From the NCBI GenBank assembly GCA_963711565.1, contig CAVQEQ010000003.1, forward strand, positions 1,024,001 through 1,088,000: 64,000 nucleotides of DNA. Direction: 5' to 3'. Numbering within the stretch: position 1 is the first letter of the stretch; each line of letters starts with the position of its first letter. Both the position numbers and the translations under genes were made by a program. Source of the stretch: an uncultured delta proteobacterium. Its GTDB lineage: Bacteria; Desulfobacterota; Binatia; Binatales; Binataceae. The notes under the pieces were generated by a model that was not told the DNA's origin, searched no databases, and saw only the letters and a list, made by a program, of their open reading frames with translations. Below, one piece after another: positions 47,873 to 57,854 of this stretch.

Positions 47873-48700
47873 ATGGACACATTGTGGCTAATGCCCGCGC
47901 TCGCGTGTTACGCGCTGTCGGCGGCGTTGTTTGTGTTCGATCGTTTGTCGGGACGTACGCGCGCGACCGGCTACGCGGTTGCAATCCTCGGCGCCGGCGC
48001 GATCTTTCATGCGTTCGATTTGACCGCGCGCGGACTGCAGGCCGGCAATATCCCGGTCGCCAATTTTGCGCAGGCGTTGTCGTTCCTTGCGTGGCTGACC
48101 GCGCTGGCAGGACTGCTGATGATCGTGCGCCTGCGCCTCGCTGTGATCGGCGCCTTCGTCGCGCCCGCAGTCACTGTTGCGCTGGGCGCCGCGTCGCTCA
48201 CGACGAGCAGCGGGCGCGTGGTCTTGCCGGCGACGCTACGCAGCGTATGGCTGCCGATTCACGTCACGCTTGCGATCCTTGGCTACACGATGTTCGTGCT
48301 CGCGGCGAGCGTGAGTATCGTCTATCTCGCCTGCGAGTCGCGGCTCAAATCCAAGCGCGCGCTGGGTCCCGCGAACGACGGCGGGCCGAGTCTCGAAAAG
48401 CTCGACCGCATCAACTATCGCCTGCTCGGATGGGGCTTCATGATGCTGAGCCTCGCGATCGTGAGCGGTGCGATTTGGGCCGACGCGACGTGGGGGCATT
48501 TCTGGTCGTGGGAGCCCAAGGAATCGTGGTCGCTGGTGATTTGGATATTGTACGCGGGACTGCTCGAATCGCGCCTCACCGTGGGATGGCGCGGGCGGCG
48601 CGCCGCGGCGCTCACGATCGTGCTCGCGAGTGTGTTGGTTGGATCGTTCGTTGGCGTTAACCTGATCTTTCCCGGCAAACACGGCGGCAGTTTCGGCTGA
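47873..48700 (+). CDS. ccsA: Cytochrome c biogenesis CcsA/HemX family membrane protein
   Basis: WLPIHV, SLEKLD, SGAIWADATWGHFWSWEPKE (WWD domain), GWRGRRAA. Confidence 0.88.
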   Translation: MDTLWLMPALACYALSAALFVFDRLSGRTRATGYAVAILGAGAIFHAFDLTARGLQAGNIPVANFAQALSFLAWLTALAGLLMIVRLRLAVIGAFVAPAVTVALGAASLTTSSGRVVLPATLRSVWLPIHVTLAILGYTMFVLAASVSIVYLACESRLKSKRALGPANDGGPSLEKLDRINYRLLGWGFMMLSLAIVSGAIWADATWGHFWSWEPKESWSLVIWILYAGLLESRLTVGWRGRRAAALTIVLASVLVGSFVGVNLIFPGKHGGSFG

Positions 48701-48702
48701 TA

Positions 48703-50046
48703 ATGGATCAGACTTTATTCATCGTGGGGATTAACCATCGCAGTGCCGCCGTCGCCTTGCGCGAGCGGCTCGCATTTGCCGACGACGAAATCGTGCCCGC
48801 GCTGGACCGTCTGCGCGAGGCGTCACCGGCGGTCGCCGAGGCGGCTCTTATTTCGACCTGCAATCGCGTCGAGGTGGTGGGCGTTGCGACCGACGCGGCG
48901 CGGGCCGCCGATGAGACGCTGAAGTTTCTTGCCGCTGATCGAAACGTCGCGCAAGCCGAATTCGCCGGTGCGGTTTACAATTTCGCCGGACGCGACGCCG
49001 CGCGTCATCTGTTCCGCGTCGGCGCGAGTCTCGATTCAATGGTCGTCGGCGAGCCGCAGATACTGGGCCAACTCAAGCTCGCCTACGCGCAGGCGTCCCG
49101 GGCGCGCAGCGTCGGCCTGATTTTACATCGCGCGTTCCACAAGGCGTTCACCGTCGCGAAGCGCGTGCGCAAGGGCACGCTGATCGGCCACGGGTCAGCC
49201 TCCGTCAGCACCGCGGCGGTCGCGCTCGCCGGCCAGATTTTCGACACGCTCAAAGACAAGACCGTGATGCTGATGGGGGCGGGCAAGATGGCGGAGCTGA
49301 CGGCCCGCCAGTTGGGCGCGCTCGGCGTTGAGTCGATGCTGATAACCTCGCGCACTTTCGATCGCGCGGTCGCGCTCGCGCGCGAACTGGGCGGCACCGC
49401 GGTACCGTACGAGAACTACAAACCGTACCTCAAGATGGTCGATGTGCTGATCGGTTCGGTCTCATCGACCAAGCCCATTCTCGGCCCCGAGGAATTCGAG
49501 CTGGTGGTGCGCGAGCGCCGCTACCGCCCGATGTTCCTGATCGATATGGGCGTGCCGCGCAACTTCGATCAGCGCCTCAACGCGCTGCAAAACGTGTACT
49601 TGTACGACATCGACGATCTCGGCGCGCTCGTTCAACGAACACTTGGAGACCGCGAGCGCGAAGCGGAAAAGGCCGAGCAGATCGTCGAGCTCGAACTCGA
49701 ATCGTTCCTCAAATGGCTCGCGGGTCTCGATCTCACGCCGACGATCAAGGACATCCGCTACAGCGTCGAGCGGCTGCGCGACGACGAGCTGGGCCGCGCG
49801 CAGGGATGGCTGTCGCAGCTCGAACCGGCCGAGCGCGAACGCGTCGAATTGCTGACGCGCGGGCTAACGAACAAATTGCTCCATCGCATTCTGTCGGGAC
49901 TCAAGCAGCGCGACGACAAAACCCTCGACGCCGCATTCGCCGCCGAAATGGCCCGCCGTCTGCTGGGCGCCGAATTCGACGCGCAAGACGACGAGCTCGA
50001 CGACGCCGACAACGAAACCGATGACGACGACTCAGGCCTCGAGTGA
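48703..50046 (+). CDS. hemA: Glutamyl-tRNA reductase
   Basis: GINHRSA, STCNRVE, SLDSMVVGEPQILGQ, GAGKMA, IDMGVPRN. Confidence 0.97.
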   Translation: MDQTLFIVGINHRSAAVALRERLAFADDEIVPALDRLREASPAVAEAALISTCNRVEVVGVATDAARAADETLKFLAADRNVAQAEFAGAVYNFAGRDAARHLFRVGASLDSMVVGEPQILGQLKLAYAQASRARSVGLILHRAFHKAFTVAKRVRKGTLIGHGSASVSTAAVALAGQIFDTLKDKTVMLMGAGKMAELTARQLGALGVESMLITSRTFDRAVALARELGGTAVPYENYKPYLKMVDVLIGSVSSTKPILGPEEFELVVRERRYRPMFLIDMGVPRNFDQRLNALQNVYLYDIDDLGALVQRTLGDREREAEKAEQIVELELESFLKWLAGLDLTPTIKDIRYSVERLRDDELGRAQGWLSQLEPAERERVELLTRGLTNKLLHRILSGLKQRDDKTLDAAFAAEMARRLLGAEFDAQDDELDDADNETDDDDSGLE

Positions 50047-50061
50047 CCGCTCCCGCGATTG

Positions 50062-50098
50062 TTCCCCCTCCGTCGAGGGAAGGGGTTAGAGGTTAGGT
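50062..50098. repeat. CCCCTTCCC/GGGAAGGGG-TTAGGGGTTAGG REP-like unit at the hemA-hemC junction
   Basis: Variant of the 46-bp unit at 53860-53905 and 61501-61546. Confidence 0.7.
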
Positions 50099-51036
50099 TG
50101 GCGCTCAAGATCAGAATCGGTTCGCGGCCCAGCAAACTCGCGATTGCGCAGGCGTCGATCGTTCGGGACCGTCTCGCCGCACATATTCCAGCGGAGATTG
50201 AAATCATTGAGATCCGCACCAGCGGCGACAAGATGACGTCGGCGTCGCTCGCGGACGTGGGCGGCAAGGGGCTGTTTATAAAGGAGCTCGAGCAGGCGCT
50301 CGCCGATCATACGATCGACCTGGCAGTGCATTCCGTGAAAGACCTTCCCGCGATTCTGCCTGAGCAGTTTCGCGTGGCGTCGGTGCCGGTGCGCGAGGAC
50401 ACTGCGGATATCCTCGTGACGCGCGACGGCTCGTCGTTGTCCGCGCTTGCGGCGGGCGCGCGGCTTGGAACGTCGTCGTCGCGCCGGCGATTTCAGGCGC
50501 TGAAGGTGAATCCGACGCTGGTGATTTCGCCGCTGCGCGGCAATGTCGATACGCGGCTGGCGCGAGTGGCCGACGGCACCTTCGACGCGATCATAATCGC
50601 GATTGCGGGGCTGAAGCGGCTGGGGCGAGTGAAAGATGTGAAGTTCGTCGAGCTTGATAGCCGCGATTTTATTCCGGCCGGCGGACAGGGAGCGCTCGCG
50701 ATCGAAACGCTGGCCGATCGTAGAGGAGATGAACTCGATCGCGCACTCGCGGCGATCAACGACGCACGCGCTTTTTATGAGACCGCGGCCGAGCGGGCAT
50801 TCCTCGCAACGATCGAGGCGTCGTGCACAACGCCGGTGGGAGTGAGGGCGAGAATCAACGGCGATACGCTGGCGGTTGCGGCGATGCTGTTCAGTCCGGA
50901 TGGTTCGCGAGAGTTGATGGATTCGATCAAAGAGCCGCTCGCAACCGACTTTGCGCCGACCTATGCGGAAGACTCCGGCAAGCGGCTCGCGGAAAAAATG
51001 CTCGCGCGTGGCGCCGCCGCAATTCTTGGAAAATAG
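50098..51036 (+). CDS. hemC: Hydroxymethylbilane synthase
   Basis: IRIGSRPSKLA, GGKGLFIKEL, DLAVHSVKD, GTSSSRR, LRGNVDTRL, PAGGQGAL, AERAFL....SCTTP. Start TTG 50098 or 50059. Confidence 0.95.
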   Translation: MALKIRIGSRPSKLAIAQASIVRDRLAAHIPAEIEIIEIRTSGDKMTSASLADVGGKGLFIKELEQALADHTIDLAVHSVKDLPAILPEQFRVASVPVREDTADILVTRDGSSLSALAAGARLGTSSSRRRFQALKVNPTLVISPLRGNVDTRLARVADGTFDAIIIAIAGLKRLGRVKDVKFVELDSRDFIPAGGQGALAIETLADRRGDELDRALAAINDARAFYETAAERAFLATIEASCTTPVGVRARINGDTLAVAAMLFSPDGSRELMDSIKEPLATDFAPTYAEDSGKRLAEKMLARGAAAILGK

Positions 51037-51150
51037 ATCTTTGCGTAAACTCAGCGACGCGTTCAAACAGGCAGAATCTTGAGTCGCGCGCGAAAAATGC
51101 GCGCTGTGCAGGGACCCTCACCTTCATCCTCTCCCTTGCAGGGAGAGGGG
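51034..51150. mobile_element. Degenerate copy of the 907-1058 MITE overlapping the cobA start
   Basis: TAGATCTTTGCGTAAACT (left-TIR-like), GAATCTTGAGTCGCGCG...GCGCGCTG, GGACCCTCACCTTCATCCTCTCCC..GGGAGAGGGG. Confidence 0.7.
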
Positions 51151-52716
51151 AAAGAAGCTCGGTCAAGGCATAAACGCGGCAGAGTCTTTCTCGTGGGCGC
51201 GGGGCCCGGCGCTTCGGACCTGATCACGATTCGCGGCGCTGATGTCTTGAGCCGCGCCGACGTCGTTATCTACGACAATCTCGTCAGTCCCGAAATGATC
51301 CGGCTGGCGCCGCCGAAAGCGGAGCTGATCTACGCCGGCAAAAGGGGCGGCGCCGAAAAAAGTATCGAGCAACCCGAGTTGAACGCGATGCTGATCGCGC
51401 ACGCGCGCAAGGGGCGCGTCGTTGTGCGGCTCAAGGGCGGCGACCCGTTTATTTTCGGACGCGGCGGCGAGGAAGCGGAGGCGTTGGCGCGCGAGCGCGT
51501 CGAGTTCGAGGTGGTGCCAGGGGTCACGTCGGCGATTGCGGGCCCGGCGTTCGCGGGCGTTCCGCTGACGCATCGCGAGCACGGTTCGTTCGTCGCGTTC
51601 GTCACCGGCCATGAAGACGAGAGCAAGGGATCGAGCTCGGTGCCCTGGAACGAATTGGTCGCGGCGGCTCGTCACACTGGCACGATCGTGATCCTGATGG
51701 CGACGGCGCGGATGCGTGCGACGCTCGATCGAATCGGCGCGGCGGGACTTCCGGCGGAAACTCCGGCGGTCGCGGTGCAATGGGCGACGACTGCGGCGCA
51801 GGTGACTGTCAGCGCGACGCTGGCGACGCTTGCGGACGCGTTGACGCGCGAGGGAATCGGCGCGCCGGCGGTTATCGTCGTCGGAGAATGCGCGGGCCTG
51901 CGGGAACATCTGAAGTGGGTCGAGCGCACGCCGTTGTTCGGGCGCACTATCGTGGTCACTCGCGCGCGCGCGGCTGCGTCCGGGTTTGCGACGGCGCTGA
52001 GGCGGCTCGGCGCGGAGGTAGTGGAATTTCCGACGATCGAAACCGCGCCGCCCACAAGCTTCGTGGCGCTTGATCGCGCAATCAAACGCATCGGCACTTT
52101 CGACTGGATAATTTTCACGAGTGCGATGGGAGTCGAGAGTTTTGTAGAACGGCTGAAGTCGCGCGGATCCGACATTCGCGCGCTCGGGCATGCGTCGATT
52201 GCGGCGATCGGACCGGCGACTGCCGCGCGCCTGGCAGATTATGCGATTCGGGTCGCGGCGGTCCCGGACGAATATCGCGCGGAGGAAATTGTTTCCGCGA
52301 TCGGAATCAAGCGGATTCGCGACAAACGATTCCTGATTCCGCGCGCGGAAGTCGCACGCGAGGCGCTGCCCGAAATATTGCGCGACCAAGGCGCCAAAGA
52401 AGTCGTCGTCGCGCCTGCGTATCGAGCCGTCAAGCCGAAGGGCGGGCAGATAGCGCGGGTGCGCGAATTGATCGCATCGGGAAAGATCGACCTGGTGACG
52501 TTTACCAGTTCGAGCACGGTCACGAATTTCTGCGAACTGATCGGCACATCGGGGAAAGGAGTTAGAGCTGCGGCGATTGGGCCGATTACGGCGGCGACGG
52601 CTGAGGAGAGAGGATTCGAGGTGGTGGTTAGGCCGCGCACGTACACGATTGAGGCTCTCGCAGAGGCGATTCGCGAGTATTTCCTGTCCCCTCGCCCGTT
52701 GTCGGGAGAGGGTTAG
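51097..52716 (+). CDS. cobA: Uroporphyrinogen-III C-methyltransferase / uroporphyrinogen-III synthase fusion (CobA/HemD)
   Basis: VFLVGAGPG, VVRLKGGDPFIFGRGGEE, VPGVTSA; PLFGRTIVVTR, WIIFTSA, FTSSSTV, IGPIT. Confidence 0.94.
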   Translation: MRAVQGPSPSSSPLQGEGKEARSRHKRGRVFLVGAGPGASDLITIRGADVLSRADVVIYDNLVSPEMIRLAPPKAELIYAGKRGGAEKSIEQPELNAMLIAHARKGRVVVRLKGGDPFIFGRGGEEAEALARERVEFEVVPGVTSAIAGPAFAGVPLTHREHGSFVAFVTGHEDESKGSSSVPWNELVAAARHTGTIVILMATARMRATLDRIGAAGLPAETPAVAVQWATTAAQVTVSATLATLADALTREGIGAPAVIVVGECAGLREHLKWVERTPLFGRTIVVTRARAAASGFATALRRLGAEVVEFPTIETAPPTSFVALDRAIKRIGTFDWIIFTSAMGVESFVERLKSRGSDIRALGHASIAAIGPATAARLADYAIRVAAVPDEYRAEEIVSAIGIKRIRDKRFLIPRAEVAREALPEILRDQGAKEVVVAPAYRAVKPKGGQIARVRELIASGKIDLVTFTSSSTVTNFCELIGTSGKGVRAAAIGPITAATAEERGFEVVVRPRTYTIEALAEAIREYFLSPRPLSGEG

Positions 52717-52837
52717 GGTGAGGGACATTTTGCGGCGCGGTTATCTGTGGCGACGCACATCCAGAGTCTCCAGAAAATTTGGTCCCTCACCCGCCACTCG
52801 AAGACGAGTGTCGGCCTCTCCCCTCGTGGGGCGAGGC
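52688..52837. repeat. Inverted pair of CCCTCACC...CCTCTCCC REP-like elements between convergent cobA and hemB
   Basis: Arms at 52688-52724 and 52783-52837; same architecture as 29580-29787. Confidence 0.75.
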
Positions 52838-52854
52838 AATTCGGAGCCGCGCTC

Positions 52855-53829
52855 TTATCCGCGCAATTTGCGCGCAACGTCTTTCGCGAAATAGGTCAGG
52901 ATCAAATCGGCGCCCGCGCGCTTGATCAACGTCAGGACTTCCATGGTGGCGCCCTCTTCGTCGATCCATCCGTTGATGCCGGCTGCGCGGATCATCGAGT
53001 ACTCGCCCGAGACGTTGTAGGCCGCTACCGGCGCGTTGAATTCCTGCTTCACGCGCAAGATTAGATCGAGATACGGGAGCGCCGGCTTGACCATCACGAT
53101 GTCCGCGCCTTCTTCGAGGTCGAGTGCCACTTCGCGCATCGCCTCGTCGCCATTGGGCGGATCCATTTGATATGAGCGGCGATCGCCGAATTTTGGCGCG
53201 GACTCGGCGGCTTCGCGGAATGGGCCATAAAATGCGGACGCGAACTTGGCCGAGTATGCCATGATCGCGACGTGGCTGAAGCCGTTGCCGTCGAGCGCCG
53301 AGCGAATCGCGCCGACCCGCCCGTCCATCATGTCCGACGGCGCGACGATATCGGCGCCGGCGCGCGCGTGCGACAGCGCCGAGCGCGTCAGCAGTTCGAG
53401 CGTCGCGTCGTTATCAACGTCGTTGCCCGCGAGCGCGCCGCAATGCCCGTGGTCGGTGTACTCGCACATGCAGACGTCGGTGATCACGGCGAGTCCGGGC
53501 ACGCGTTCCTTGATCTCGCGAATTGCGCGCTGCACTTCGCCGTCGTCGTTCCATGCCTCACTGCCCGTCGCGTCCTTGCGTTCGGGGATTCCAAACAGGA
53601 TGACGGCGGGGACGCCGGCCGCCCAGGTCTCGCGCGCTTCCGCGACTACATTGTCCACCGACATTTGCGCCACACCGGGCATCGACGCGACCGCTTTCTT
53701 CACGCCGCGTCCCGCGCAGACGAACATCGGGAGGATCAGGTCGTCGGGCGACAGGCGGGTCTCGCGGACCATGCGGCGGATTGTTTCGGTGCGTCGCAGG
53801 CGGCGCGGGCGATTGATTGGGAAGGGCAT
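52855..53829 (-). CDS. hemB: Porphobilinogen synthase
   Basis: [55 protein letters not shown]. Confidence 0.97.
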   Translation of the reverse strand: MPFPINRPRRLRRTETIRRMVRETRLSPDDLILPMFVCAGRGVKKAVASMPGVAQMSVDNVVAEARETWAAGVPAVILFGIPERKDATGSEAWNDDGEVQRAIREIKERVPGLAVITDVCMCEYTDHGHCGALAGNDVDNDATLELLTRSALSHARAGADIVAPSDMMDGRVGAIRSALDGNGFSHVAIMAYSAKFASAFYGPFREAAESAPKFGDRRSYQMDPPNGDEAMREVALDLEEGADIVMVKPALPYLDLILRVKQEFNAPVAAYNVSGEYSMIRAAGINGWIDEEGATMEVLTLIKRAGADLILTYFAKDVARKLRG

Positions 53830-53859
53830 AAAATTGACGGCAGCCATTATATAGGAGGT

Positions 53860-53905
53860 AGGAACCTAACCCCTAACCCCTTCCCTCGAGGGAAGGGGAA
53901 CCGGA
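53860..53905. repeat. 46-bp REP-like unit
   Basis: Reverse complement of 61501-61546, differing only in the 4-nt loop (TCGA vs GCGC). Confidence 0.88.
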
Positions 53906-53921
53906 TGTCGGAGAAACGCGG

Positions 53922-54689
53922 CTAGGTTTGGCGGTTGGGTTTGATGTGCGTCTCGTAGTATGGGCGCATCGAGCGTAGCGCGCGCATCTGATGGTAGGCG
54001 AGTTCGTCGTCGGGATAGCGATGCTGGGGGCCGAGGACGCATCCCGCGCGCGCGTGGCATCGCGGAGTGCAGTCGAGCTCGACTTCAACGCGATGGGTCA
54101 GGCACTTCGGAATGTCCCATCCCGATTCGACGCTTACCGCGCCTGCCGGGCACGCGGGGATGCAGGTGCGCGCCGTGCATCGGGGACATGGGTCGAAGCC
54201 GAGTGCGTCGCCCGGGGAATCGAGCTGTTCGTCGAGCAGGAGCGCGGCGCGAAATGCGATCCACGGTCCATATACAGGATGCACCGTCACGCCGAGGATG
54301 CTTGGGCCGGCGATGCCCGCGATTTTGCCGAGCTCGATGAAGCTGAGCGTGGCGCTGCTGCTCATGAACGGGTAAACGGTGGTGCATCGAGCGCCCGAGG
54401 CGCGAATCGGTGCGGCGATGTCGCGCTCGACAACCTCGCGAGTGAAGTCGTCGAGCGGATTGTCGCGATTCCACCATCCGGGATGGCCGGCCGCGTGAGC
54501 CTTGAGCGCCGCCCACAGCGCGCCGCCGCCGTTGCCGATTACGACGATCGAGCGCGCATCGGGATCGATCGGCGCCGCGCGCGAAATCTCCTTGACCGTA
54601 GCGTCGTAGCGGACGACGGTAGTCGCCGCCACCAGGTTCAATCCATGCGGCAAAGCGGCGCGGCAGATCTTATCGAGCGTCGATGACAC
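53922..54689 (-). CDS. Cys-rich QueG/MMACHC-like protein with Fe-S-type C-terminus
   Basis: NPLDDFT, GPSILGVTVHPVYGPWIAFRAAL, CPRC....CIPACP, C......CHARAGC. Confidence 0.65.
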   Translation of the reverse strand: MSSTLDKICRAALPHGLNLVAATTVVRYDATVKEISRAAPIDPDARSIVVIGNGGGALWAALKAHAAGHPGWWNRDNPLDDFTREVVERDIAAPIRASGARCTTVYPFMSSSATLSFIELGKIAGIAGPSILGVTVHPVYGPWIAFRAALLLDEQLDSPGDALGFDPCPRCTARTCIPACPAGAVSVESGWDIPKCLTHRVEVELDCTPRCHARAGCVLGPQHRYPDDELAYHQMRALRSMRPYYETHIKPNRQT

Positions 54690-54698
54690 TTGAAGTTC

Positions 54699-56048
54699 TC
54701 AGGGCGGCGGCACGAGCGAGAAGATTGCGCCGTCGCCGCATTGCCCGCCTGTTTCGGTCATCCCGTAGAGCGTGTTGTCGAGCAGGATGACGTTGTCGAT
54801 CGGGTTGGCGGCGTCGTCGCCGCCTTGAAAGTCGTAGATTCGGTCGTAGTTGTCGCCGGTCGTGTCGATTTGAAAGACGGTGCCAAAGCCCTGGCTGCCG
54901 CCCAACTGGGTCATGCCATAAAGAGTGGTGCCGTTGAGCATCAACGAGCCGTAGGGATTAATCCCGTCGTTGGTGCCAGGCTTGCCGAAGCTCTGCAGAA
55001 TCTTGAAGTGCGACCCGTCGGTATGGATCGAAAAAAGCGCGCCGTTCCCGAAGGCGCCGCCGTAGGTCGTCAAGCCGAATAGCGTCGAGTTGTTTTGCAC
55101 CAGCGTGCCGTGGTCGGGAGTGGCGCCATCGCTGGAGTCGATGCACATCGGCGTGCTGTGGCCGGGACACGCGAAATTGTGGAGGACCTTGTATTTGTAT
55201 TTGCAACTCACAGCGCTGCATTTCGCGGAGAACGAGAAGATGACGCCAACGTCATGCGCGCCGCCGGCGCGCGTCATGCCATAGAACGTGGTGCCGTTGG
55301 GATCGAGAATGAGCTGGCCGTGCGGGTCGGCGCCCTGCTTGCCCGTGAAGGAGTATAGCCGGCTGTAGGTGTTGCTGGAGGTGTCGAACGAGAAGATTGC
55401 GCCGTCGCCGGTCGTGCCGCCTTTCTTGCCGCCTTCAGACGTCATGCCGTAGAGCACGCTGCCGACGGCGACGAAGCTACTGGTCGGCTGATCGCCGGCG
55501 TTGTTCTTGGCGGTCTTGGCGAAGTCGTAGAGCGGCGGCGACGAGTAGCCGGTGCCGTCGTCGTTGATGCTGAAAATGGTGCCGTTGCTATTTTGGCCGC
55601 CGGTGAGCGTGGTGCCGTAAAGGACGGTGCCAACGAGCGTCATCGCGTTGGTCCGCGGATCGTTGCCGTCGGTCTTCGCGCCGGTGAAATAGTGATCGAC
55701 CACGTAGTCGGATCCGTCGGGCATGATCTGGAACACCGTGCCGTCGCCGTTGCCCTCCGAGGTGGTCGTTAACGTGGTGCCGAAGAGCAGCCCCGTCGCG
55801 GCGACGTAGGTCAGCGAGCCGAAGGGCGCGGCGCCGTCTCCGATTTTGCATTTGCCGGCGGTGGGTCCGGCGCCAAAGGAATAGAGCACAGTCTCGGTCC
55901 CGGTCGGCATCGCCTCGGGGACAGCATTGCCGGCGCGCGCCGCCGGAGCCAGCGTGAGAGACAGCGCGGCGGCGAGAATCGCGACCGCGGCGAAGATCGA
56001 TTTACGATTGAATCGAATGCGGGAAAACATATGCCACATCCTCACCAC
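54699..56048 (-). CDS. Secreted beta-propeller with Gloeo/Verruco (GloVer) tandem repeats
   Basis: Signal peptide; about 7 repeats of LY.F...DG..P.G.L....LYG.T..GG..G.G.IF. Confidence 0.85.
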   Translation of the reverse strand: MVRMWHMFSRIRFNRKSIFAAVAILAAALSLTLAPAARAGNAVPEAMPTGTETVLYSFGAGPTAGKCKIGDGAAPFGSLTYVAATGLLFGTTLTTTSEGNGDGTVFQIMPDGSDYVVDHYFTGAKTDGNDPRTNAMTLVGTVLYGTTLTGGQNSNGTIFSINDDGTGYSSPPLYDFAKTAKNNAGDQPTSSFVAVGSVLYGMTSEGGKKGGTTGDGAIFSFDTSSNTYSRLYSFTGKQGADPHGQLILDPNGTTFYGMTRAGGAHDVGVIFSFSAKCSAVSCKYKYKVLHNFACPGHSTPMCIDSSDGATPDHGTLVQNNSTLFGLTTYGGAFGNGALFSIHTDGSHFKILQSFGKPGTNDGINPYGSLMLNGTTLYGMTQLGGSQGFGTVFQIDTTGDNYDRIYDFQGGDDAANPIDNVILLDNTLYGMTETGGQCGDGAIFSLVPPP

Positions 56049-56109
56049 CTTTCTCGTGAATACGGCCCGCGTTCCATTGTAAGCGAGCCGATCGAAGTAA
56101 GCGATCCTC

Positions 56110-56520
56110 TCAGGCGATTTTGTAGGTTACCAGCGCGTCGGCGATGAGCGCGTCGGACGCGTTGACGATCTCGACGGCGAGGCTGGCGATGCGCTTGCCG
56201 GTGCGCTTCACTCGGGCGCGGGCAATGACGTCGGAATTCACCGCGAAGCCCGTGTAGTTCACGGTGATCGAGATGGTTGCGGTGCGCGTCGTCGCGGCGA
56301 GGCTCCATACCGCGGCGCATGCTGCCACGTCGGCGAGCGCGGCGATCGCGCCGCCGTGAATGGGCGCGGCGGGTCCGCCCTCATTGAGAATGCGCAGGTC
56401 AAAGGGCATCCGCACCGTCGCGGCGCCGTCGGCGGCGGATTCGATCTTGAGCCCGAGCAGCGCGGAGAACGGCGCCCGTTCCAGCAGTTGGATAAAGTGG
56501 CTTCGATCCTGAGCGGCCAT
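56110..56520 (-). CDS. PaaI-family thioesterase
   Basis: PFSALLG, IHGGAIAALAD, TISITVNY. Confidence 0.9.
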   Translation of the reverse strand: MAAQDRSHFIQLLERAPFSALLGLKIESAADGAATVRMPFDLRILNEGGPAAPIHGGAIAALADVAACAAVWSLAATTRTATISITVNYTGFAVNSDVIARARVKRTGKRIASLAVEIVNASDALIADALVTYKIA

Positions 56521-56999
56521 TTAATTTCTCCGTCGCGAATTCGAGGCGCCGAGCTTGAGCGCAAGCGCGACCGCTGCGGCGGGAGTCTCGGCGCGATGCA
56601 GGCCGTCGATTTCGGGCCACGAATCGAGCGCGACGATTGGCTTGCCGAATTTTTGGCGAAGCCGATCTCGGCCAGCGTGCCGCCCTCGCCGGCCAGCGCG
56701 ATTACCGCGTCGGCGCTGGCGACAATAACCGCATTGCGCGCTTCGCCGATACCGGTCGCAATCGCGAATTCAATATGCGGGTTTGCCGCGCGCCGGTCGT
56801 AGCCCGGCAGAATTCCAATCGTATGCCCACCCGTTTTGCGCGCGCCGGCCGCCGCAGATTCCATCACGCCCGTGCGCCCGCCGTTGATCAACACGGCGCC
56901 GCGGCGAGCGATCTCGCGACCGACCGCCTCCGCAAGCTTGCACACGGCGCGCGGCGCGTCACCAGCACCGATGACCGCTACCACTTGCTGCCGTTTCAT
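56521..56999 (-). pseudogene. TIGR00725 (LOG-like) protein with a 1-nt deletion in the A-run at 56650-56654 (likely error)
   Basis: GGRTGVMES, TGIGEARN, GGTLAEIG. Adding one A restores FAKKFGKPIVAL...AVALAL and a TAA at 56521-56523. Confidence 0.82.
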
Positions 57000-57026
57000 T
57001 TTTCTGTGAAACCGCCTTGGGCAGAG

Positions 57027-57854
57027 TTAGTCTTGCAAGCCGAGGGCGGCGGGGAGTTCGGCGAGATCGGAAATGATGATGTCGGGCGCCGGGATGCCCG
57101 GGGGGAGTTCTGGAAGGGGCGCTGATCGGCGGCGCGATCGGGTACTTCCTGGCGCCGTTCCTTCGGGCATTTCGCGGCCGAGCCGGCGTATCCATGCCGA
57201 ATGCATCCCGACGCCCTTGCTGCCGAGGACGTCGTCGAGCGGAGTGTCGCCGACGAACAGGATGTCGGCAGGCTCCAGCTTCATCATTTCGAGAATTTTC
57301 TTGAAGATGAGCGGATTGGGTTTTCGATAGCCGGTGTCGGCCGAAATGATCACGGCGTCGAAGAGCTCGCGGATACCGGTGTCGTACATGATTTGGTGGC
57401 CGGTCTCGGAATCGTCGAAGTTCGAGATCAGGCCAACGCGCAAGTGCTTGGCGATTTTTTTCATCGCCTCGATTCGCGCGGGCGGCGCCTTGGTCACCTC
57501 GCGCACGCGCGCCATGTGGATGCGCCGGAGATTCTCGGCGAGCGGCGCGGCCTGGGTTTCATCGACGTCGAGGATCTTGAGCGTGCGCGCGAAGCGCTCG
57601 AGGCAGATGATCTCGATCGCGTCGGGCTTCGATCGCTCCGCGAATATTTCGGCGTAAACCGCCGCGTGCGCTTCGGAGAATTTTTCGCGGTCGAAGCGCC
57701 CTCCCAGTGCGGATTCCAGCGCACCGTATAGCAGCGGTGTCGTGCTGCGAATTTCGCGCCCGCGGAATTGCATCAGCGGCAGTGCGTCGGGATTCCAGGT
57801 GACGAGCGTGTCGAACAGATCGATCACGACGGCCTTGTAACGATGCTCAGCCAC
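57027..57854 (-). CDS. HAD-superfamily hydrolase
   Basis: DLFDTLV, ISNFD, KPNPLIF, FVGDTPLDDVLG. Confidence 0.9.
   Translation of the reverse strand: MAEHRYKAVVIDLFDTLVTWNPDALPLMQFRGREIRSTTPLLYGALESALGGRFDREKFSEAHAAVYAEIFAERSKPDAIEIICLERFARTLKILDVDETQAAPLAENLRRIHMARVREVTKAPPARIEAMKKIAKHLRVGLISNFDDSETGHQIMYDTGIRELFDAVIISADTGYRKPNPLIFKKILEMMKLEPADILFVGDTPLDDVLGSKGVGMHSAWIRRLGREMPEGTAPGSTRSRRRSAPLPELPPGIPAPDIIISDLAELPAALGLQD

Noticed and set aside
51163-52728. Long antisense ORFs (also 12783-14579, 18548-20071, 50086-51066)
   Set aside because: Expected antisense open frames in high-GC coding DNA; no motifs.
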